Source of the DNA: Octopus sinensis
Lineage: Eukaryota
Length of the DNA: 37,208 nt
Assembly: GCF_006345805.1 (NCBI RefSeq)
Contig: NW_021835512.1
Span: 1-37,208 of the forward strand
Direction: 5' to 3'
Shown here: piece after piece, positions 11,101-21,576 of the stretch
Layout of the letters: the number at the start of each line of letters is the position of its first letter
Position numbering within the stretch: position 1 is the stretch's first letter
Program-made: the position numbers and the translations under genes
Notes under the pieces: generated by a model
The model's database searches: none
The model's input: only the letters and a program-made list of their open reading frames with translations
What the model was told of the DNA's origin: nothing

Positions 11101-14100
11101 CCTTCTCTGGAATGTTCAACATTTCTTCCTCTACTTTCTCCCCTTCACCTCTCAAATCCCTTCTCTGGAATGTTCAACATTCGTTCCTCTCCTTCGTCCC
11201 CTTCACCTCGCAAATCCTCCTCCCTGGGATGTTCAACATTCATTCCTCCACTTCCTCCCCTTCACCTCGCAAATCCCCCTATCTTGAATGTTCAACATTC
11301 CTTCCTCCCCTTCCTCCCCTTCACCTCTCAAATCTCCCTCTCTGGAATGTTCAACATTCCTTCCTCTCCTCACTCTCAAATCTCCCTCTCCGGAATCTTT
11401 ATTTATTCCTTATCCTACCCTTCCTCCCTTCACCTCTCAAATCTCCCTCTCTGGAATGTTCAAACCTTCCTTCCTCTCCTTCACCTCTCAAATCTCCCTC
11501 TCTGGAATCTATACATTCCTTCCTCCCCTTCCTCCACTTCACCTCTCAAATCTCCCTCTCTGGAATGTTCAACATTCCTTCCTCTCCTTCACTCTCAAAT
11601 CTCCCTCTCTGGAATCTATACATTCCTTCCTTCCCTTCCTCACCTTCACTCTCAAATCTCCCCTCTCTGGAATGTTCAACATTCCTCCTCTTCACCTCAC
11701 CCTCAAATCTTCCCCTCTCTGGAATCTTTATACATTCCTTCCTCCCCTTCCTCCCATTCACCTCTCAAAAATCCCTCTCTCGAATGTTCAACATTCCTTC
11801 CTCTCTTCACCTCTCAAAGCTCCCACTCTGGAATATTATTACATTCCTTCCTCCACTTCCTATCCTTCACCTCTCAAATCTCCCCTCTCGGAATCTTATA
11901 CGTTCCTTCCTCCCTTCCTCCCCTTCAACTCTCAAATCACCCTCTCTGGAATGTTCAACATTCCTTCCTCCCCTTCCTCCATTCACCTCTCAAATCTCCT
12001 CTCTGGAATTCTTATACATTCCTCCTCTCCTTCACCTCTATCAAATCTCCCTCTCTGGATCTATTAGACATTCCTTCCTCCCCTTCCTCCCCATCACCTC
12101 TCAAATCTCCCTCTCTGGAATGTTCAACATTCCTTCCTCTCCTTCACCTCTCAAATCTCCCTCTCTGGAATCTTATACATTCCTTCCTCACCTTCCTCCC
12201 CTTCACCTCTCAAATCCCCCTCTCTGGAATGTTAAACATTCCTTCCTCCCCTTCACCCCTCAAATCTCCCTCTCTGGAATCTTATACATTCCTTCCTCCC
12301 CTTCCTCCCCTTCACCTCTCAAATCCCCCTCTCTGGAATGTTAAACATTCCTTCCTCCCCTTCCTCTCCTTCACCTCTCAAATCTCCCTCTCTGGAATCT
12401 TATACATTCCTTCCTCCCCTTCCTCCCCTTCAACTCTCAAATCCCCCTATCTGGAATGTTAAACATTCCTTCCTCCCCTTCCTCCTTCCTTCACCTCTCA
12501 AATCTCCTATCTGGAATCTTATACATTCCTTCATCCCTTCCTCCCCTTCACCTCTCAAATCCCTCTCTCTGGAATGTTAAACATTCCTTCCTCCCTTCCT
12601 CTCCTCACCTCTCAAATCTCCCTCTCTGGAATCTTATACATTCCTTCTCCCCTTCCTTCACCCTTTCACTCTCAAATCCCCTCTTCTGGAATGTTAAACA
12701 TTCACTTCCTCCCCTTCCTCTCCTTCACATCTCAAATCTCCCTTCTCTGGAATCTTATACATTCCTTCCTCCCCTTCCTCCCCTTCACCTCTCAAATCCC
12801 CCTCTCTGGAATGTTAAAATCCTTCCTCCCATTCCTCTCCTTCACCTCTCAAATCTCCCTCTTCTGGAATCTCTATACATTCCTTCCTCCCCTTCCTCCC
12901 CTTCACCTCTCAAATCCCGCTCTCGGAATCTTATACATTCCTTCCTCCCTTCCTCCCATTCACCTCTCAAATCTCCCTCTCCGGAACCCTATAACATTCC
13001 TTCCTCCCCTTCCTCCCTTTCACCTCTCAAATCTCCCTCTCTGGAATGTTCAACATTCCTCCTCTCCTTCACCTCTCAAATCTCCCTCTCTGGAATCTTA
13101 TACATCCTTCCTCCCCTTCTCCCCTTCACCTCTCAAATCTCCCTCTCTGGAATGTTCAACTTCCTTCCTCTCCTTCACCTCTCAAACTCCCTCTCTGGAA
13201 TCTATACATTCCTCCTCCCCTTCCTCCCCTTCACCTCTCAAATCTCCCTCTCTGGAATGTTCAACATTCCTTCCTCTCCTTCACCTCTCAAATCTCCCTC
13301 TCTGGAATCTTATACATTCTTCCTCCCCTTCCTCCCATTCACCTCTCAAATCTCCCTCTCTCGAATGTTCAACATTCCTTCCTCTCCTTCACCTCTCAAA
13401 GCTCCCACTCTGGAATCTTATACATTCCTTCCTCCCCTTCCTCTCCTTCACCTCTCAAATCTCCCTCTCTGGAATCTTATACGTTCCTTCCTCCCCTTCC
13501 TCCCCTTCAACTCTCAAATCCCCCTCTCTGGAATGTTCAACATTCCTTCCTCCCCTTCCTCCCCTTCACCTCTCAAATCTCCCTCTCTGGAATCTTATAC
13601 ATTCCTTCCTCTCCTTCACCTCTCAAATCTCCCTCTCTGGAATCTTATACATTCCTTCCTCCCCTTCCTCCCCATCACCTCTCAAATCTCCCTCTCTGGA
13701 ATGTTCAACATTCCTTCCTCTCCTTCACCTCTCAAATCTCCCTCTCTGGAATCTTATACATTCCTTCCTCACCTTCCTCCCCTTCACCTCTCAAATCCCC
13801 CTCTCTGGAATGTTAAACATTCTTCTCCCCTTCCCCTCAAATCTCCCTCTCTGGAATCTTAAATTCCTTCCTCCCCTTCCTCCCCTTCACTCTCAAATCC
13901 CCCTCTCTGGAATGTTAAACATTCCTTCCTCCCCTTCCTCTCCTTCACCTCCTCAAATCTCCTCTCTGGAATCTTATACATTCCTTCCTCCCCTTCCTCC
14001 ATTCAACTCTCAAATCCCCCTATTGCGAATGTTAAACATTCCTTCCTCCCCTTCCTCTCCTTCACCTCTCAAATCTCCCTCTCTGGAATCTTATACTTCC

Positions 14101-17100
14101 TTCCTCCCTTCCTCCCCTTCACCACCTTCACCTCTCAAATCCCTCTATCTGGAATGTTAAACATTCCTTACTCCCATCTATCCTTCACCTCTAAAATCTC
14201 CCTCTTCTGGAATCTTATACATCCTTCCTCCCCTTCCTCCCTTCACCTCTCAAATCACCCTCTCTGGAATGTAAACATTCCTCCTCCCCTTCCTCTCCTT
14301 CACCTCTCAAATCTCCCTCTCTGGAATCTTATAATTCCTCTCCCCTTCCTCCCCTTACCTCTCAAATCCCACCTCTCTGGAATGTTAAAATTATTCCCTC
14401 CCCTTCTCTCCGTTCACATCTCAAATCTCCTCTCTGGAATCTTATACAATTCCTTCTCCCCTTCCTCCCCTTCACCTCTCAAATCCCGCTCTCCGGAATC
14501 TTATACATTCCTTCCTCCCCTTCCTCCCCTTCACTCTCAAATCTCCCTCTCGGGAACCTTATACATTCCTTCCTCCCCTTCCTACCCTTCACCTCTCAAA
14601 TCTCCCTCTCTGGAATGTTCAACATTCCTTCCTCTCCTTCACCTTCAAATCTCCTATCTGGAATCTTAGACATTCCTTCCTCCCCTTCCTCCCCTTCACC
14701 ACTCTCAAATCTCCCTCTCTGGATGTTCAACATTCCTTCCTCTCCTTCACCTCTCAAATCTCCCTCTTGGAATATTATAATTCCTTCCTCCCCTCCCGTC
14801 TCCCCTTCACCTCTCAAATCTCCTCTCTGGCAATGTTCAACATTCCTTCCTCTCCTTCACTCTCAAATCTCCCTCTCTGGAATCTTATACATTTCTTCCT
14901 CCCCTTCCTCCCCTTCACCTCTCAAATCTCCCTCTCTCGAATGTCAACATTCCTCCTCTCCTTCACCTCTCAAAGCTCCCACTCTGGAATCTTATACATT
15001 CCTTCCTCCCTTCCTCTCCTTCACCTTCAAATCTCCTCTCGGAATCTTATACGTTCCTTCCTCCCCTTCCTCCTCAACTCTCAAATCCCCCTCTCTGGAA
15101 TGGTCAACATTCCTTCCTCCCCTTCTCCCCTTCACCTCTCAAAATCTCCATCTCTGGAAATGATACATTCCTTCCTCTCCTTCACTCTCAAATCTCCCTC
15201 TCTGGAATCTTATACATTCCTTCCTCCCCTTCCTCCCCATCAACTCTCAAATCTCCCTCTCTGGAATGTTCAACATCCTTCCTCTCCTTCACCTCTCAAA
15301 TCTCCCTCTCTCTGGAATCTTATACATTCCTTCCTCAACTTCTCCCTTCACCTCTCAAATCCCCCTCTCTGGAATGTTAAACATTCCTTCCTCCCCTTCA
15401 CCCCTCAAATCTCCCTCTCTGGAATCTTATACACATCCTTCCTCACCTTCCTCCCTTCACCTTCAAATCCCCATTCTCGGAATGTTAACATTCCTTCCTC
15501 CCTTCCTCTCCTTCACCTCTCAAATCTCCCTCTCTGGAATCTTAGACATTCCTTCCTCCCCTTCCTCCCCTTCAACTCTCAAATCCCCCTATCTGGAATG
15601 TTAAACATTCCTCCTCCCCTTCCTCCCTTCACCTCTCAAAATCTCCATCTCTGGGAATCTTATACACTTCCTCCTCACCTTCCTCCCCTTCACCTCTCAA
15701 TCACTCTCTCTGGAATGTTAAACATTCCTTCCTCCACTTCTCTCCTTCACCTCTCAAATCTTCCTCTCTGGAATCTTATACATTCCTTCCTCTTCTTCCT
15801 CCCCTTCACTTCAAATCTCCCTCTCTGGAATGTTCAACATTTCCTTCTCTCCTTCACCTCTCAAATCTCCCTCTTGGAATCTATACATTCCTTCCTCCCC
15901 TTCCTCCCATTCACTCTCAAATCTCCCTCTCTGGAATGTTCAAAATTCCTTCCTCTCCTTCACCTCTCAAAGCTCCCACTCTGGAATTTTATACATTCCT
16001 TCCTCCACTTCCTCTCCTTCACCTCTCAAATCTCCTCTCTGGAATCTTATACGTTCCTTCCTCCCTTCTCCCCTTCAACTCTCAAATCCCCTCTCGGAAT
16101 GTTCAACATTACCTCCCTCCCCTTCTCCCCTTCACCTCTCAATCTCCCTCTCTGGAATTATACATTCCTTCCTCTCCTTCACCTCTCAAATCTCCCTCTC
16201 TGGAATTTTATACATCCTTCCTCCCCTTCCTCCCATCACCTCTCAAATCTCCCCTCTGGAATGTTCAACATCCTTCCTCTCCTTCACCTCTCAAATCTCC
16301 CTCTCTGGAATTATAACATTCCTTCCTCACCTCTCCCCTTCACCTCTCAAATCCCCCTCTCTGGAATGTTAAACATTCCTTCCTCCCCTTCACCTCTCAA
16401 ATCTCCCTCTCTGGAATCTTATACATTCCTTCCTCCCCTTCCTCCCCTTCACCTCTCAATCCTCCTCTCTGGAATGTTAAAATTACTTTCTCCCTTCCTC
16501 TCCTTCACCTCTCAAATCCCCTCTGGAATCTTATACATTCCTTCTCCCCTTCCTCTTCACCTCTCAAATCCCCTATCTGGAATGTTAAACATTCCTCCTC
16601 CCCTTCCTCTCCTTCACCTCTCAAATCTCCCTCTCTGGAATCTTTACATCCTTCCTCCCCTTCCTCCCTTCACCTCTCAAATCCCTCTCTCTGGAATGTT
16701 AAACATTCTTCCTCCCTTCCTCTCCTCACCTCTCAAATCTCGCTCTCGGAATCTTATACATTCCTTCTCCCCTTCCTCCCCTTCACCTCTCAAATCCCCC
16801 TCTCTGAAATGTTAAACATTCCTTCCTCCCCTTCCTCTCCTTCACCTCTCAAATCTCCCTCTCTGGAATCTTATACATTCCTTCCTCCCCTTCCTCCCCT
16901 TCACCTCTCAAATCCCGCTCTCTGGAATGTTAAACATTCCTTCCTCCCCTTCCTCTCCTTCACCTCTCAAATCTCCCTCTCTGGAATCATACATTCCTTC
17001 CCCCCCTTCACCTCTCAAATCCCCCTCTATGGAATGTTAAACATTCTTTCCTCCCCTTCCTCTCCTTCACCTCTCAAATCTCCCTCTCTGGAATCTTATA

Positions 17101-20100
17101 CATTCCTTCCTCCCCTCCTCCCCTTCACCTCTCAAATCCCCCTCTCTGGAATGTTCAACATTCCTTCCTCCCCTTCCTCTCCTTCACCTCTCAAATCTCC
17201 CTCTCTGGAATCTTATACATTCCTTCCTCCCCTTCCTCCCCTTCACCTCTCAAATCCCCCTCTCTGGAATGTTAAACATTCCTTCCTCCCCTTCCTCTCC
17301 TTCACCTCTCAAATCTCCCTCTCTGAAATCTTATACATTCCGGCCTCCCCTTCCTCCCCTTCACCTCTCAAATCCCCCTCTCTGGAATGTTAAACATTCC
17401 TTCCTCCCCTTCCTCCTCATTCACCTCTCAAATCTCCCTCTCTGGAATCTATACATTCTTCCTCCCCTTCCTCCCCTTCACCTCTCAAATCCCCCTCTCT
17501 GGAATGTTAAACATTCCTTCCTCCCCTTCCTCTCCTTCACCTCTCAAATCTCCCTCTCTGGAATGTCAACATTCCTTCCTCTCCTTCACCTCTCAAATCT
17601 CCCTCTCTGGAATATATACATTCCTTCCTCCCCTACCTCACCTTCACCTCTCAAATCTCCCTCTCTGGAATGTTCAACATCCTTCCTCCCCTTCCTCTCT
17701 TCACCTCTCAAATCTCCCTCTCTGGAATCTATACATTCCTTCCTCCCCTTCTCCCCTTCACCTCTCAAATCCCCTCTCTGGAATGTTAAACATTCCTTCC
17801 TCCCCTTCCTCCCTTCACCTCTCAAATCTCCCTCTCTGGAATCTTATACATTCCTTCCTCCCCTTCCTCCCCTTCACCTCTCAAATCCCCCTCTCTGGAA
17901 TGTTAAACATTCCCTCCTCTCCTTTCTCTCCTTCACCTCTCAAATCCCTTCTCTGGAATGTTCAACATTTCTTCCTCTACTTTCTCCCCTACACCTCTCA
18001 AATCCCTTCTCTGGAATGTTAACATTCGTTCCTCTCCTTCCTCCCTTCACCTCGCAAATCCTCCTCTCTGGATGGTGTTAAATTCCTCCTCCCCTTCCTC
18101 CCCTTCACCTCGCAAATCCCCTATATGAATGTTCAACATTCCTCCTCCCCTCCTCCCCTTCACCTCTCAATCTCCCCTCTGGAATTTTCAACTTCCTTCC
18201 TCTCCTTCACCTCTCAAATCTCCCTCTCTGGAATCTTATACATTCCTTCCTCCCCTTCCTCCCCTTCACCTCTCAAATCTCCCTCTCTGGAATGTTCAAC
18301 ATTCCTTCCTCTCCTTCACCTCTCAAATCTCCCTCTCTGGAATCTTATACATTCCTTCCTCCCCTTCCTCCCCTTCACCTCTCAAATCTCCCTCTCTGGA
18401 ATGTTCAACATTCCTTCCTCTCCTTCACCTCTCAAATCTCCCTCTCTGGAATCTTATACATTCCTTCCTCCCCTTCCTCCCCTTCACCTCTCAAATCTCC
18501 CTCTCTGGAATGTTCAACATTCCTTCCTCTCCTTCACCTCTCAAATCTCCCTCTCTGGAATCTTATACATTCCGTCCCTCCTTCCTCCCATTCACCTCTC
18601 AAATCTCCCTCTCTGGAATGTTCAACATTCCTTCCTCTCCTTCACCTCTCAAATCTCCCTCTCTGGAATCTTATACATTCCTTCCTCCCCTTCCTCCCCT
18701 TCACCTCTCAAATCTCTCTCTCTGGAATGTTCAACATTCCTTCCTCTCCTTCACCTCTCAAATCTCCCTCTCTGGAATCTTATACATTCCTTCCTCCCCT
18801 TCCTCCCTTCACCTCTCAAATCTCCCTCTCTGGAATGTTCAACATTCCTTCCTCTCCTTCACCTCTCCAATCTCCCTCTCTGGATTTTATACATTCCTTC
18901 CTCCCCTTCCTCCCTTACCCTCCCTTCACATCTCAAATCTCCCCTCTCTGGAATGTTCAACATTCCTTCCTCTCCTTCACCTCTCAAATCTCCCTCTCTG
19001 GAATCTTATGCATTCCTCTCTCCCCTTCTCCCCTTCACCTCTCAAATCTCCCTCTCTGGAATGTTCAACATTCCTTCCCTCCTTCACCTCTCAAATCTCC
19101 CTCTCTGGAATCTTAACATTCCTTCCTCCCTTCCTCCCCTTCACCTCTCAAATCTCCTCTCTGGAAGTTAAACATTCCTTCCTCTCCTTCACCTCTCAAA
19201 TCTCCCTCTCTCGAATCTTATACATTCCTTCTCCCCCTCTACCCTCCCCTTCACCTCTCAAATCTCACTCTCTGGATGTTCAACATTCCTTCCTCTCCTT
19301 CACTCTCAAATCTCCATCTTGGATTCTTATACATTCCTTCCTCCCTTCCTCCCCTTCACCTCTCAAATCTCCCTCTCTGGAATGTTAACATTCCTTCCTC
19401 TCCTTCACCTCTCAAATCTCCCTCTCTGGAATCTTATACATTCCTTCCTCCCCTCCTCCCTTCACTCTCAAAATCTCTCTCTGGAATGTCAACATTCCTT
19501 CCTCTCCTTCACCTCTCAAATCTCCCTCTCTGGAATCTTATACATTCCTTCCTCCCTTCCTCCCTTCACCTCTCAAATCTCCCTCTCTGGAATGTTCAAC
19601 ATTCCTTCCTCTCCTTCACCTCTCAAATCACCCTCTTCGAATCTTATACATTCCTCTCCCCTTCTCCCCTTCACCTCTCAAATCTCCCTCTCTGGAATGT
19701 TCAACATCCTTCCTCTCTTCACCTCTGAAATCTCCCTCTCTGGAAATCTCTATAACTTCCTTCCTCCCCCTCCTCCTTCACCTCTAAATCCCCCTCTCTG
19801 GAATGTTAAACATTTCCTTCCTCCCCTTCCTCTCCTTCACCTCTCAAATCTCCCTCTCTGGAATCTTATACATTCCTCCTCCCCTTCCTCCCTTCACCTC
19901 TCAATCCCCCTCTCTGGAATGTTAAACATTCCTTCTCCCCTTCCTCTCCTTCACCTCTCGAATCTCCCTCTCTGGAATCTTATACATTCCTTCCTCCCCT
20001 TCCTCCCCTCACCTCTCAAATCCCCTCTCTGGAATGGTAAACATTCTTTCCTCCCCTTCCTCTTCACCTCTCAAATCTCCTCTCTGGAATCTTATACATT

Positions 20101-21398
20101 CCTTCCTCCCCTTCCTCCCTTCAATCTAAAATCCCCCTCTCTGAATGTTCACATTCTTCCTCCCTTCCTCTCCTTCACCCTCAAATCTCCCTCTCTGGAA
20201 TCTTATACATTCCTTTCCTCCCCTCCTCCCCTTCACCTCTCAAATCCCCCTCTCTGGAATGTTAAACATTCCTTCTCCCCTTCCTCCCCTTCACCTCTCA
20301 AATCTCCCTCTCTGGAATCTTATACATTCCTTCCTCCCCTTCCTCCCCTTCACCTCTCAAATCCCCTCTCTGGAATGTTAAACATTCCTTCCTCCCCTCC
20401 TCCCCTACACTCTCAAATCTCCCTCTCTGGAATCTTTATACATTCCTTCCTCCCCTTCCTCCCCTTCACCTCTCAAATCCCCCTCTGGAATGTTAAACAT
20501 TCCTTCCTCCCCTTCCTCTCCTTCACCTCTCAAATCTCCCTCTCTGGAATCTTATACATTCCTTCCTCCCCTCCTCCCTTCACCTCTCAAATCCCCCTCT
20601 CTGGAATGTTAAACATTCCTTCCTCCCCTTCCTCTCCTTCACCTCTCAAATCTCCCTCTCTGGAATCTTATACATTCCTTCCTCCCCTTCCTCCCCTTCA
20701 CCTCTCAAATCCCCCTCTCTCGGAATCTTATACATTCCTTCCTCCCCTTCCTCCCCTTCACCTCTCAAATCCCCTCTCTGGAATGTTAAACATTCCTTCC
20801 TCCCCTTCCTCCCCTTCACCTCTCAAATCTCCCTCTCTGGAATCTTATACATTCCTTCCTCCCCTTCCTCCCCTTCACCTCTCAAATCCCCCTCTCTGGA
20901 ATGTTCAACATTCCCTCCTCCCCTTCCTCCCCTTCACCTCTCAAATCTCCCTCTCTGGAATCTTATACATTCCTTCTCTTCCTCCCCTCACCTCTCAAAT
21001 CCCCCCTCTCTGGAATGTTAAACATTCCTTCCTCCCCTTCCTCTCCTTCACCTCTCAAATCTCCTCTCTGGATTTTATACAGTCCTCCTCCCTTCCTCCC
21101 CTCACCTCTCAAATCCCCCTCTCTGGAATGTTAACATACCTTCCTCCCCTTCCTCCCCTTCACCTCTCAAATCTCCCTCTCTGGAATCTTATAACATTCC
21201 TTCCTCCCCTTCCTCCCCTTCACCTCTCAAATCCCCCTCTCTGGATATCTATAATTCCTTCCTCCCCTTCCTCCCCTTCCTCCCCTTCACCTCTCAAATC
21301 CCCTCTCTGGAATGTTCAACATTCCCTCCTCCCCTTCCTCCCTTCACCTCTCAAATCTCCCTCTCTGGAATCTTATACATTCCTTCCTCCCCTTCCTC
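5161..21398 (+). repeat. ~16.2-kb pyrimidine-rich minisatellite, monomer ~49-67 bp (roughly 300 copies, estimated), with higher-order structure
   Basis: Consensus is CTCTCT-GGAATGTTCAACATTCC-(TTCCTCCCC)1-3-TTCACC(T/TC)TCAAATC(C/T)CC. Degenerate at the left edge; ends abruptly at ~21398. Confidence 0.97.
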
Positions 21399-21576
21399 GC
21401 GTTCATTAAGTTGCCGCGTTTGAACTATGGCACTGCATTTCTACTGATTCTCTTTTGCTTTTATATATTTATACGTATGTTTTTGTGTTTGTGTTTGTGT
21501 GTGTGTGTTTATATAACTTAGAATAACTTAGAAAGGTTTTTGGCCAGTATTGGCCCAGGCCATGTCTAACTTAATA

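Noticed and set aside
12600-20300. Frequent 1-bp indel monomer variants (GGAATGTCAAC, GGATGTTC, GTTAACATT) as biological subtypes
   Set aside because: Scattered homopolymer-type deletions are equally consistent with uncorrected long-read consensus error; they need read-level validation.
5743-21409. Long Pro/Ser/Leu-rich ORFs (812, 715, 696, 682 aa and others) as genes
   Set aside because: All three plus-strand frames give the same cyclic peptide because the ~58-bp monomer is not a multiple of 3 and the pyrimidine-rich strand rarely forms stop codons. Indels are not frame-preserving. This is a tandem-repeat artefact.
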